A model generated the notes under the pieces. That model was not told the DNA's origin. It was given only the letters and a program-made list of their open reading frames with translations, and did not search any database. Source: an uncultured Acidobacteriota bacterium (GTDB lineage: Bacteria; Acidobacteriota; UBA6911). Taken from it: a stretch of 64,000 nt of DNA. Positions 51,895 to 62,313 of the stretch are shown piece by piece; position 1 is the first letter of the stretch, and each line of letters begins with the position of its first letter. The stretch lies in assembly GCA_963809485.1 (NCBI GenBank), contig CAWEJX010000015.1, positions 170,732 to 234,731 of the forward strand, given 5' to 3'. A program made the translations under genes and the position numbers.

Positions 51895-53605
51895 CTACTT
51901 CTGTTCCGGTGGATAGACGCTGATCTCCACCCGCCGGTTCAACGCCTGGTTGTTGGCATTGGCCGGATCGGCCGGGACATCCCATCCCTTCCCCTCGATG
52001 CTGAACTTGTTGGGATCAAACTTGAACTTCTCCACCAGAGCCCGCTTGATCGCCTCCGCGCGAGCCAGGCTCAACTCCTTCACCGCCTGGACCGGGACAC
52101 GCCCCCTCATGCTCGAATCGGTGTGCCCCTCGATCATGATCACCGCCCTGGCAAACTGCCCCGACAGCTGCGCCACCCGCTCCAGAGTCGCACTGACGTT
52201 GGGATCGTACAGCTTCCCGGAAATGGTGCTGCCCGTCTCATCCCGCGCGGGCTCGTAGGGATTGGCCGAGTTGGGATAAAAGTTGATGCGGATGGTCTGC
52301 GTCAATATCGGCGATTCGGCCGTCACTTTGCGGAAACTGGACGGTGTGAACGCCGCGATGCTCTCATCCTTCTGGTGCGCGAACGTCCCCTTCTGCTGCA
52401 GCTTCTGGATGATCGAGAAGTCCATCACCTGGTCGAACGGGATCGGCGCGCTGATGCGGCCCAGTTCCCTGTAAACGTAGCTTGCGTTGCCCCAGGTGCG
52501 CTCGAAATTGGTCGGGTTGGACGAGTTCATGAAGAACTGCACGTTTTCCGCAAAATTGGTCGGATGCGCGTCGTTGCGCATGGAAAGGATCTCGTCGGGC
52601 TTCATGCCGAAGGCGTCCGCCATCCACTTGGCCGGCTGCTCCGGGCTCTGCTTGACCATGTCCATTCCTTCGAAGATCCCCGAGATCAGACCTTCGACAA
52701 TCTCCGGATGGTCGCGCGCAAAGTCGGCGCGTACGGCATAAACGTCGGCGATCAGCTTGTTCGCGTCGCTCGTGCTCGAGAGCACACGGGTGCCGGCGAC
52801 ACGCTCCGGGATGTTATAGATGTCGGGCGCCCAGGAAACGCAGGCATCCACCTTTTTGTCCACGACGAAAGCCGCCGCCGCCTCAAACGCCGTCGCGGTA
52901 TATTTAACCTTTACATCCGCCGGGCGAAGTCCGGCCGACATCAAGAAGCGACGTCAGGTAGTATTCGCTGGGCGAGTTCTGGGCCAGCGTCACGGTTTTG
53001 CCGCGCAGGTCCGCGACAGACTTGATCGAACTGCGGACGACGATGCCGTCTCCGCCGCTGGACCAGTCGATCTGCTGGGGAATGCGCGGGGCCGTGCGCG
53101 AGTCCTTGATCAGTTCCGGCGCAAGCAGAACCATCATGTCCGCGGTGCCCCACAGCGTGTGGACCTCGCCGGCCGCAAAGGCGTCGCGCGCGGCCACCGG
53201 ATCGTCCATCAGGACCATCTCGACTTGGAAGCCGTATTTGCGGGAAAAAATGCTGTCCGCATTCGGCTTGGTGCCGTGATTCGCCGCGATCACCGGAAGC
53301 CATCCTGCCCAGACGTTGTAGCTGAAACGCAGGATCTTCTCCTTGGCATCCCAGCGGTACTGGCTGACCCCCTTGACCGCGGGCAGCTTGTCGGCAGGAA
53401 CGTATTTGTATTCCTTGACCGTCGTGACGTCCGAGGTGTCGGCGGCTTCGGTCTCGATCGATTGATCGCTGCCGCCTCCCGGCCCCAGCTTTATGCCGGT
53501 ACCTCTTTTCATCACGATGTAAAGTCCGAACCCGATCAAAGCGACAATCAACAGCACGGAGAGAATTTTTCCCAACGGCGTTAGCCGTGCAGGCTGCTCA
53601 GCCAT
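51895..53605 (-). CDS. Membrane-anchored NMT1/SsuA-like solute-binding protein fused to an OmpA-like peptidoglycan-binding domain (frameshift near 52944)
   Basis: N-terminal TM; WAGWLP, DWSSGGDGIV, DLRGKTV, DACVSWAP; C-terminal IEGHTDS..LSLARA..NRRVEI. Confidence 0.8.
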
Positions 53606-53771
53606 ATGCACCCCCTTTGAGAAGTACGAATTACGAATGACGAATTACGAATTAAATCAACATGCCAATTCGGCAATTCTCGTGCCGCAAGGACTGTTTT
53701 TCCTGTTGAATGCAGAATCGCCTTTTTACTATTCCGTATGCTTCAATTCGTCATTCGTAATTCGTAATTCG

Positions 53772-54509
53772 TCATTCCTTCGGTCCTATTTCCTTCGAGG
53801 CGGCGGGAGGTTCGGTTGAGGCCGGGGCCTGGATGCCCTGGCTCGCCAAAAAATCCGCCAATGCCGCCTGTTCCAGCGCCTTGCGCTCGCCTTCCTTCTC
53901 ATTGATGTAATCCATATCCACCATGTCCTTGGCGACTCGCGCCTTCCCCGCCGACACTTCATACCGTTTGTTCAGGATTTCCTCGACCGTCTTCATGGTG
54001 TCGCCCAGGTCGCCCACTTTGAAGGCAGCGTTGCCCAGCGCCGCCGCAGCCTCAGCCTGAGCTTCTTTGATCTGAACCTGGGAGAGCTGGCTCTCCAGCT
54101 TGCGCACCTTATCCTCGAATTCCTTTTGCACAAGCTTCGCCTGGCGCAGGTTGCCCTGATAGGCCTCCTCCGTTTCCGACAATTCCTGCGTGTCTGTCGT
54201 CAGGTCCGCCTTCAGTTCCTGCAGTTCACGCGCCAGGCTGCCGGCCAGTTCGAGATTTCCGGCCTGGTGATTGGCCAGAATGCGCCGCTCCAGTTCCTTC
54301 GCGCGAACCGTCTTTGCCTTGACCTGGCTTTTGAGGCGTTCGGCAATGCCGGCCATGCGCGCGAGAGCCATGTTGTACTGAGCCATTTTGTCCCGGAAAT
54401 CCTGGCGGGCGGCTTCCATAAGCGCCTCGGGATTAGCCTCCTCGATTCCGCTGATGAAAAGCCCCAGAAATCCCCGGAAAAGCCTCCCAATTCGAGCAAA
54501 TACCGCCAT
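53772..54509 (-). CDS. PspA/IM30 (Vipp1, ESCRT-III superfamily) protein
   Basis: Amphipathic N-terminus MAVFARIGRLFRGFLG, NPEALMEAA, AGNLELA, long coiled coils. Confidence 0.8.
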   Translation of the reverse strand: MAVFARIGRLFRGFLGLFISGIEEANPEALMEAARQDFRDKMAQYNMALARMAGIAERLKSQVKAKTVRAKELERRILANHQAGNLELAGSLARELQELKADLTTDTQELSETEEAYQGNLRQAKLVQKEFEDKVRKLESQLSQVQIKEAQAEAAAALGNAAFKVGDLGDTMKTVEEILNKRYEVSAGKARVAKDMVDMDYINEKEGERKALEQAALADFLASQGIQAPASTEPPAASKEIGPKE

Positions 54510-54533
54510 TGTGCCCTCCCTTTTGGTTGTCCG

Positions 54534-54799
54534 TTCAACCGTCGCTACGCGACGGGATCCTTATGCATGCCTCAATCCGGGCCTTAAAAGGCCCGGCTAA
54601 ATTCATTCCGCCGCTCCGCGGCGGCCTTCCCTTTGGCAATTTTCCAGATCACTCTCCGATACAGATCTTGATCATTTGATCCCTGTAACACAAAGGTTGG
54701 TGAAAACCGGCCGCATAGCGGCCGGATGATTTTAGCCCGGCCTTTTAAGGCCGGGGTACGCGATGCACATCAAATCCCGTCGCGTCAGCGACGGTTGAA
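54534..54799. repeat. Inverted pair of ~90-bp three-hairpin REP-like units
   Basis: Units at 54534-54624 (+) and 54709-54799 (-). Confidence 0.85.
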
Positions 54800-55252
54800 T
54801 TATCCCCATAAATACCGCTCATCGTAAGTAATCCCGTGCCTTTTAAGCAACTCCAGATACTCCTCCTGAAAACTCTTTTTCCGATGATGTTCTTTTTGAC
54901 CCTGAATATAGCGTATCACGTCAGGCAATCGCGATTTGCTTACGCTGAATGCGCCGTATCCGTCCTGCCACTCAAATTTTCGCAGGCCTGTGAATTCTTC
55001 ATGAATCCACTTGGAGGAATCTCCTTTGAGGTATTGCGCGATCTTGCTGGGTGCCAGGCTCGCCGGAGCCAACACCAAGGCGTGAATATGATCGGGGGCT
55101 CCGCCGATTTGAAGAGCTGACATTTTGTGCATTCGGGCAATGCCGCCCAGATATTCCCACAATCGCTGTTCCACATCCGCATTGATGAACCGCATACGGT
55201 TCTTGGTGCTGAAGATGAAATGGTAATGAAGCGACGTATAGGTATTAGCCAT
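54800..55252 (-). mobile_element. tnpA: IS200/IS605-family Y1 (HUH) transposase, probably REP-associated (RAYT-like)
   Basis: YHFIFSTKNR, DHIH (HUH), WQDGYGAFSVS, YIQGQ; no tnpB; flanked by repeated hairpin units. Confidence 0.88.
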
Positions 55253-55271
55253 AGAAAGCTTTTAGGTTCAA

Positions 55272-56263
55272 TTCAACCGTCGCTCACGCGACGGGATTCT
55301 ATTCGATTCCCTCTTCCCGGCCTTGAAAGGCCGGGCTAAAATCATCGGGCCGCTACGCGGCCTTTTTAACCTGACTATCGCCCTGTTCTCCCTCTGTGTG
55401 ATACCGAACCCAATTCAACCGTCGCTCACGCGACGGGATCCTCTTCCCTCATTCTGATCCCGGCCTTGAAAGGCCGGGCTAAAATCATCCGGCCGCTACG
55501 CGGCCTTTTTAACCTGGTTATCGCCCAATCCTGCCCTCTATACAGGTCTCGCCCGTTTTCAACCGTCGCTCACGCGACGGGATTCTATTCGATTCCCTCT
55601 CCCCGGCCTTGAAAGGCCGGGCTAAAATCATCCGGCCGCTACGCGGCCTTTTTAACCTGACTATCGCCCTGTTCTCCCTCTGTGTGATACCGAACCCAAT
55701 TCAGCCGTCGCTCACGCGACGGAATCCTCTTCCCTCATTCTGATCCCGGCCTTGAAAGGCCGGGCTAAAATCATCCGGCCGCTACGCGGCCTTTTTAACC
55801 TGACTATCGCCCTGTTCTCCCTCTGTGTGATACCGAACCCAATTCAACCGTCGCTCACGCGACGAAATCCTCTTCCCTTATTCTGATCCCGGCCTTAAAA
55901 GGCCGGGCTAAAATCATCCGGCCGCTACGCGGCCTTTTTTATCCTGATTATCGCGCCATCCCGCCGCCCAGCGATGGCTTCGCCTCTGATAATGCTCCGC
56001 CGAGCTTCGATGTCTCCTTCCCAGCACTGCTTCCCTGAAATCTCACAGGATGCTCGCCGAAGCCATAAGCCACGATGTAGCCAAGCGGCGTCCCTGCCTT
56101 TGACAGCTTCGGGCCAATCCCCGATATCGCTTTTCCTACCCTGATGCCCTGAATTCAGCGCATTTTAGAGGCGGCCGCGTAGCGGCCCTATGATTTTAGC
56201 CCGGCCTTTTAAGGCCGGGGTACGCGATGCACATCAAATCCCGTCGCGTCAGCGACGGCTGAA
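55272..56263. repeat. Five tandem ~143-bp REP-like units plus one inverted unit
   Basis: Starts at 55272, 55414, 55558, 55700 and 55843 (+), and 56173-56263 (-). Confidence 0.92.
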
Positions 56264-56322
56264 TCAAATGCAATTCCATTTAAATAGATCCGCCGCCCAA
56301 GAAGAAATCGGGACTTTGCCCC

Positions 56323-56961
56323 TTAATCATCGGTGGTGATGATTGGGCGGTCGACGAGGCAGGCGACGACGGATGCAATGTCCTTCTCCCACGCTTTTTT
56401 CTGCTGCCTCCACTCGCTCCACTTCTGCTCGTCCGCTTTTAATTTTTCCTTCAACCCGTCGCACTCCTGCTGAAGCTTCCCTATCTCGGCCTCAATTTCC
56501 ACAATCCTCTTCTGGCAGATGGCCTGCCGGTCCTTTATCCTTTTGGCCGCAACCGTTTCATAGGCATCCAGGGCCCTGTCGCGCGCCACCGCATCCTTCA
56601 CCAATTCCTCGGCCTTGATTCCTTCCGCGCCCAGTTTCTCCAGCACCGACTTCTGCACTTCGTCCTTCGGCTTATTCCTGAGATTCCCGCTCTGGACGAA
56701 CTGCTTTAATTTGTCCACCGTCCAGCTGCCCGGCCCGGCTTCAATCCCCGCTGTTTCAAAAATCTTATCCAATGGGATGGCAAGCTCGGCCGGCGCTTCC
56801 GCCAGCGCCTTCACTTCCACCGACTTTATTTCGACTGTCAGCTCGCGCAGGGTCACCGTGCGCGTGCGTATCCTCACGGCGGGTGCGCGCCCGGACGTCG
56901 AAACCGTTTCCAGGATCCCGATTTTATCCCCGATCCCCTTCAGGCGTTTCAGCAGGTTCAT
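56323..56961 (-). CDS. Hypothetical helical protein with C-terminal coiled coil
   Basis: Starts 2 bp after the AAA ATPase stop; LVKDAVARDRALDAYE followed by a coiled coil. Confidence 0.75.
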   Translation of the reverse strand: MNLLKRLKGIGDKIGILETVSTSGRAPAVRIRTRTVTLRELTVEIKSVEVKALAEAPAELAIPLDKIFETAGIEAGPGSWTVDKLKQFVQSGNLRNKPKDEVQKSVLEKLGAEGIKAEELVKDAVARDRALDAYETVAAKRIKDRQAICQKRIVEIEAEIGKLQQECDGLKEKLKADEQKWSEWRQQKKAWEKDIASVVACLVDRPIITTDD

Positions 56962-56963
56962 GG

Positions 56964-58701
56964 CTACACAAATCTCCGCAACTCGTCGATTCTCTTTTCC
57001 AGCTCATCGGGCGGCATATCACGGAAACGCTCCGGCAGAAAGCGCGCATCGGTGCACTCCCTGACGGCAACCAGGTCCATGTACTCCAGCTTGAGGCGGT
57101 GCGCGCTCGGCCGCACTTCCTTCAACACTTCCGCCAGAATATCGCGCAGCGGCCGCTTCTCGGAAGCCAGGACATGAGTCGCTAACGCGCGCACCAGGAT
57201 GCCCTCGATTTCGTTGCCGCCCAGCACCAGATCCTTGGAGATCTCGGGGATGTCCGATTCCGCCAGCGCGACTTTCAGTTTGCGCGCAATCGCAAAGAAC
57301 AGGCTGTGCATTTCTTCCGGGGTTTCCGGCGGGAAACAGCGGGATGTGCACGTCCAGCCGCCCCTGCCGCTTCAAGTCCACTTCCAGCAGGTCCGGGCGC
57401 GATGTGGCAAAAACCCAGATGATGCGTCCGCGGTTGCGCGTGTCGGACATCTCCTTGGCCAGCATCGCGTAGACGCGCCCCGACAGCCCGCCGTCGGAGT
57501 CTCCGCCTTCCCTCTTGCCGGCCGCCTGGTCGGCTTCGTCCACGAACACCACGACCTGGCCGAGCGCCCGCAGAATCGAAAAGATCTTCTCCAGGTTGGA
57601 TTCGGTGGCGCCCACCCATTTGTCGCGGAAATTCTTGAACACGACGCAGGGGATCCCCAGTTCTCCGGCCCAGCACTGCACCAGGAAAGTCTTGCCCGTC
57701 CCGATGCGGCCCGGCAATCAGGTAGCCCATGGGCAGCGCATACAGCACTCCCCGCCTCATCGAGTTCGGCGTCTTCCCGCAGCCAGGCCTTGACGGCTTC
57801 GGACCCCGACAGGTTATCCAGCGTGAACGGGGATTCGAGGAATTCCAGCAGGCCCTGGCATTCCTTCTCGATTCTCTCCTTCTTCATGCGCGTCAGCCAG
57901 GCCGAGGTGATCTTCTGCTCATTCTTGAGCGCTCGCGTCAAGAACGGTGTGCGCCCCGACGCGGCTCAGCCCGGTCAGGCGCCGGCCCAGCACTTCCACG
58001 GGCACTTCGCATTTTGCGGCGAGATCCGGCAAAGAACTGCGCGGCCAGCATCTTGACGTATTCCGACATCTCCGCTTCGCCCGGCAGCGGGATATTCAGC
58101 GCCGCGGCGTGCGGATTTTCCACGACCAGGCTGTTCAGGTCGTGCAGCCCTTCGGCGATCAGCACCGTGACGATGTCGGACCGCAGGATGGCCGGATCGT
58201 TGGCCCAGCCCAGCACCTTGACCACGTTGGAGCTGAATGCGCCGCCCAGTTGCAGAGGATCGCCGCGCGGGACCACGAATTCCGCGAACTCGATAATGAC
58301 CGCGATTTTCCGTACGCCGGCTTCCGCGCCTCGGAGGGACTGAAGGTTGAGCGTACGCAGCAGATACCGGTCGATCAGCTCCATGGCCGCGCCGGGCTCG
58401 CGCAGCTGGCACGATGCTGGAAGCCTGGTCCCCGAGCGCCAGCCTCAGCCACTCCCCCCAATCCTCCGCCGCCGCGCGTCGCCCGGATTCCCTTGCCGCG
58501 GTCGTAGTGCAGGATCACGTCGTATTTCTCGAACATCACCTCGTCGAGAAAGGCGCTCAGGGAGAGCATGCCGCGGCTCCCCGGACGATCCGGGAGCAGC
58601 GACGGTATCGAACACGTTGCCGTGCAGCAGAAACTGCGAAACAGATCCCGATTTGAAGAGATCCCGCATCTCCTCAGCCCAGCCGGCAGTCCCAAACCCA
58701 T
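56964..58701 (-). CDS. AAA+ ATPase with degenerate N-terminal AAA-like domain (multiple indels)
   Basis: Fragments join: SQFLLHGNVFD..., KKERIEKECQGLLEF, GRIGTGKT (Walker A), VVFVDEAD (Walker B), ATSRPDLLEVDLKRQGRLD (SRH). Confidence 0.8.
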
Positions 58702-58763
58702 AGTATTCTCCCAGTCCTGATAATTACGAATTACGAATGACGAATGACGAATTCATGGCTTCG

Positions 58764-59624
58764 TCATTCGTCATTCGTCATTCGTAATTTGCAATCTGGC
58801 GGCGGTTCGGACATCAGATCTTCGACCGCGCCGTAGATCTTCTGCTGATCGCTGATCCACTGCGTCGTGCCGCCCAGCGTGGCCGTGACTTGATCGATTC
58901 GCTTCGAAAGCGTTTCCGGATCCGCCGATACAGCACCGCCTGCTCGCGCACAAGCTCCACCTGCTCCTGGATGCGGGTAAGCTCGGCATCCAGGAAGGCC
59001 AGCTTTTCTTTCGCCTCGCGCCGCCTTTCCAGCCGCTGCTGCAGTATTTCGATTTGTCCCGTGAGGCTTTTGCGCAGGTCCTCCGACAGCGGCTCCTTGA
59101 GCCGGGCCTGCAGATTGGCAATCCGCTCTTCCAGGCCGGCGGATTCGCTCGGAGCGCCGGCGGACCCGCGAAGAATCCGGTTGATCGCCTGACGCGTAGG
59201 CAGCAAGGCGCAGATACACCCACAGCAGCCGGCCCAAGCCCTCGCCCTGAGCCTGCAGGCCCTGCGCCTGGGGTCTGAATCTGCATGCTGCTGCTCCAGC
59301 AGCGTCCGGCAGCGCTCCTCCAGAGCACGGTATCGCTGCTGATCTTCGCGCTCAGCTGCCGGATGAGCGGCATCGACCTTCGCCTGCCATTGCTCCCGCG
59401 TCTGCAGCTGCTGCGAAGCGTCCACCAATCTCTGGAAGCGCTTGGTTGTGCCGAGGATCCACAGGTAGCCCAGTTCGAGCCCCAGGCCGACGATCCAGAA
59501 ACCGGGATTCAGCAACGCCCAGCAGGGCGAACGCACCCAGGCCTATCCAATTGGGAGGCACAAACATCCCGATCGGTTTCGCGCTAAATGCCTTGCGAAT
59601 ATAATCCCAAGCGCTGGGATTCAC
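58764..59624 (-). CDS. Hypothetical membrane-anchored coiled-coil protein (multiple indels)
   Basis: N-terminal TM hairpin (VPPNWIGLGAFALLG..NPGFWIVGLGLELGYL), then coiled coils (AELTRIQEQVELVREQA); GAGGG RBS before GTG. Confidence 0.7.
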
Positions 59625-59727
59625 TTCCCCCTCCCTCAACCCATCAACATTAAATACTGAGAAAAAAATATTTGTTTATATTTTTTCAGCGTACGTCAGC
59701 GTTTATCGGCGTTCGTCAGCGTTAAAA

Positions 59728-60531
59728 TTAATGGACAGGCACATTGTCCGATACGCGCCGAAAGGCTTCCGTCACCACATAGACTGCATTCTTGAAATCG
59801 GGCCGCTCCTGCGCAACCAGCGGCGGGATCCCAACCGAAGGCGGGATCGTATCACTGATATCATAGGCGATTTGGCCGGGCGCGTGAGTAAAAATCCACA
59901 CCCTTTCCCCCAGATACACCGCTTCGGTCACGTTGTGGGTGACGCAGAGGATCGTCGGCTGAATGCGATGCCAGAGCTGCACGATCAGCTCCTGCATCTC
60001 CAGCCGGGTCGGCTCGTCGAGCGCCGAAAACGGCTCATCCATCAGCAGGATCTGCGGCTCCATGACCAGCGATCGCGCAATCGCCACACGCTGCTGCTGC
60101 CCGCCCGAAAGCTGATGGGGATATTTGTGCCTGTGATCGATCAGCTCGACCTGCTCGAGAGCTTTTTCCGCCTTGCTGCGCCGCGTTGCGCGGTCCATCC
60201 CCTGCTTGTTGATCTCCAGCCCGAACATCACGTTCTGCAACACCGTCAGGTGCGGGAACGAGCTGTATTGCTGGAAAATCATGCCGCGGTCGCGCCCCGG
60301 CCCCTGCACCGGCTGCCCCCTGACGAGCACTTCGCCTTCCGTGGGATTGAGAAAACCGGCAATCAGATTCAGCAGCGTGCTCTTGCCGCATCCCGAGGGG
60401 CCTATGATCGTGATGAATTCCCCGCGCTCCGGATTATCGTGGATGCGGAAGGAAATGTCGTGCAGGGCCGTGAAGGCGCCAAAACGCACGCTGACCTTGC
60501 GGAACTCCACGATCGGGTCCGTTTTCGATAT
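59728..60531 (-). CDS. ABC transporter ATP-binding protein (NitT/TauB/SsuB family)
   Basis: [32 protein letters not shown]; exact start uncertain. Confidence 0.9.
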   Translation of the reverse strand: MSKTDPIVEFRKVSVRFGAFTALHDISFRIHDNPERGEFITIIGPSGCGKSTLLNLIAGFLNPTEGEVLVRGQPVQGPGRDRGMIFQQYSSFPHLTVLQNVMFGLEINKQGMDRATRRSKAEKALEQVELIDHRHKYPHQLSGGQQQRVAIARSLVMEPQILLMDEPFSALDEPTRLEMQELIVQLWHRIQPTILCVTHNVTEAVYLGERVWIFTHAPGQIAYDISDTIPPSVGIPPLVAQERPDFKNAVYVVTEAFRRVSDNVPVH

Positions 60532-60541
60532 GTCTGTGGCG

Positions 60542-61378
60542 TCAAGCTCGGCTCCGGCGATAGGGGAAAAGGACTGCGCCCAGGCGCGTCCAGAGCAGAT
60601 CTGCAATCCAGGCGATGATGGTGATGATGACGATGACGAGGTAGACTCTGCCCGACATGGCGCGCCGCCGGGCGGTGTCGATCAAATCTCCCAGTCCGCC
60701 CGACTTCACGACCACTTCCGCCAGGACCAGGTAGGACCAGCCGACTCCGAAGGCCAGCCGCATCGAGTGCCAGATGTCCGGAAGCGCCACCGGCACAAGA
60801 ACCCGCCGTATGATATGCCAGCGCGTCGCGCCCAGGGTGTAGGCCGTGCGCAGGTACACATCCGGCACCGCATCGATCGCTCGAACGACCATCGGCAGAA
60901 GGAAGATGCCGAACGCCATCGCCAGGAACACCACCTTCTGCTTTTCGTCCAGTCCGAACCAGGACATGGTCAGGGGAACCAGCGTGGCGATCGGAATGTA
61001 GCCGCTGGCCGTGGTGATCAGCGCCATGGTGGCGCGCGCGCTGCCGAACGAACCCATGAGAATGCCGATCGGCAGCACAATGGCCAGCCCGAGGAGAAAT
61101 CCGAGCGCGACGCGCCTCAGGCTCAGTCCGATATGGTCGATCAGGCTGCGATCGTCCTGATCGCTCGAGCCCACGAGGTCCCCGAGACTCTGGACAACCT
61201 CCGCAGGGCTCGGCAGGATGGTCGGGCCGAGCATGCGCTCCTCCGGAATGCCCCGCGTAAGCATCCACCAGCCGAGTATCAGTACGGCAAGCGGAATAAG
61301 CCCCAGAAGCGCCGACACCCCGGATGGCACCCGACCGCGAATTTCTGAAAACCATTTAGGGATCATGGGATAAAACAT
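60542..61378 (-). CDS. ABC transporter permease (NitT/TauC/SsuC family)
   Basis: ILPSPAEV, SLRRVALGF, TAYTLGAT EAA-like loop, WSYLVLAE. Confidence 0.9.
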   Translation of the reverse strand: MFYPMIPKWFSEIRGRVPSGVSALLGLIPLAVLILGWWMLTRGIPEERMLGPTILPSPAEVVQSLGDLVGSSDQDDRSLIDHIGLSLRRVALGFLLGLAIVLPIGILMGSFGSARATMALITTASGYIPIATLVPLTMSWFGLDEKQKVVFLAMAFGIFLLPMVVRAIDAVPDVYLRTAYTLGATRWHIIRRVLVPVALPDIWHSMRLAFGVGWSYLVLAEVVVKSGGLGDLIDTARRRAMSGRVYLVIVIITIIAWIADLLWTRLGAVLFPYRRSRA

Positions 61379-61599
61379 TAAGGAAATACAGGGGGGTGTG
61401 TCAACTGGTTGTACGTGAACGTTTGAACGTTGAACGTTTGCACGTTGAACGTGGAATGTGGAACCTCGACAAACGTGCTAACGTTCGAACGTGTTAACGT
61501 GCCAACCTTTTAACGTTCTAACGTTTAAACGTTCAAGGTTCATTTCCATCCGGGTGGCTTTGAGCTTACAATATACGGCAGCCTTATTGGAGAATTCTC

Positions 61600-62244
61600 A
61601 TGAAAAGCACCCGTCTTAAGTTTGCCGCAACGTCATTCTTTATGTGCCTCGGCGCATCCTGCGTGTTGGCTCAAGATGTCATCAAGCTTCCTGCGCCAAA
61701 AACCGAGGGGGGCATGCCGCTGATGCAGGCGCTCAAGGAGCGCAAATCGAGCCGCGAGTTCAGCTCTCAAAAGCTCTCGATGGAAACTCTTTCGAATCTG
61801 CTCTGGGCTGCGTGGGGCGTGAACCGTCCCGACGGCCACCACACGGCTCCGTCCGCCAGGAATTTCCAGGAGATCGACGTATATGTCGCGACGGCCGACG
61901 GTCTATTCCTCTATGAACCAAAGCCGCATCAGCTGAAAAAAATCCTTGCTGAAGATGTGCGGGCTGCCACGGGGACGCAGGACTACGTCAAAGAGGCGGC
62001 TGTGAATCTCATTTATGTGGCCGACCTCGCAAGGGCCGATATCAAGGGAACCGAGGCCATCGAATTCTATACCGGCGCCGACACCGCCTTCCTGGCGCAG
62101 AATGTCTACCTGTTCTGCGCCTCGGAAAAACTTGCCGCAGTTGTGCGCGGCAGCGTCGAAAGGCAGGCGCTGGCAAAAATCATGAAACTCCGCCCGGATC
62201 AGAAGATCACCCTGGCCCAGTCCGTCGGCTATCCTAAGAATTGA
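61600..62244 (+). CDS. Nitroreductase family (SagB/ThcOx-like) protein with signal peptide
   Basis: LMQALKERKSSREF, TAPSARN, AQNVYL motifs. Confidence 0.85.
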   Translation: MKSTRLKFAATSFFMCLGASCVLAQDVIKLPAPKTEGGMPLMQALKERKSSREFSSQKLSMETLSNLLWAAWGVNRPDGHHTAPSARNFQEIDVYVATADGLFLYEPKPHQLKKILAEDVRAATGTQDYVKEAAVNLIYVADLARADIKGTEAIEFYTGADTAFLAQNVYLFCASEKLAAVVRGSVERQALAKIMKLRPDQKITLAQSVGYPKN

Positions 62245-62313
62245 CGATTTGCGATTGACGATTGACGATAAGAACACCGCGGCATATTGTGCCTTTCGAC
62301 AGAGAGAAATTGC

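Noticed and set aside
50881-53025. 714-aa plus-strand ORF and similar long antisense ORFs (5521-6642, 6834-8156, 46157-47167, 61903-63159)
   Set aside because: Shadows of well-supported genes on the opposite strand in GC-rich DNA; no recognisable motifs
55272-55934. Tandem array as a CRISPR array
   Set aside because: The conserved part is ~90 bp with three hairpins, spacers recur rather than being unique, and no cas genes are present
17081-59624. Frameshifted genes (DUF2304, wzm, wzt, RND permease, SBP-OmpA, AAA ATPase, TM coiled-coil) as pseudogenes or programmed frameshifts
   Set aside because: Scattered single-base indels in otherwise intact genes, including compensating ones in wzt (PSDHTDSGPGCGM versus LPITPILDLGVGWN in the adjacent frame), fit long-read consensus error; needs read-level confirmation
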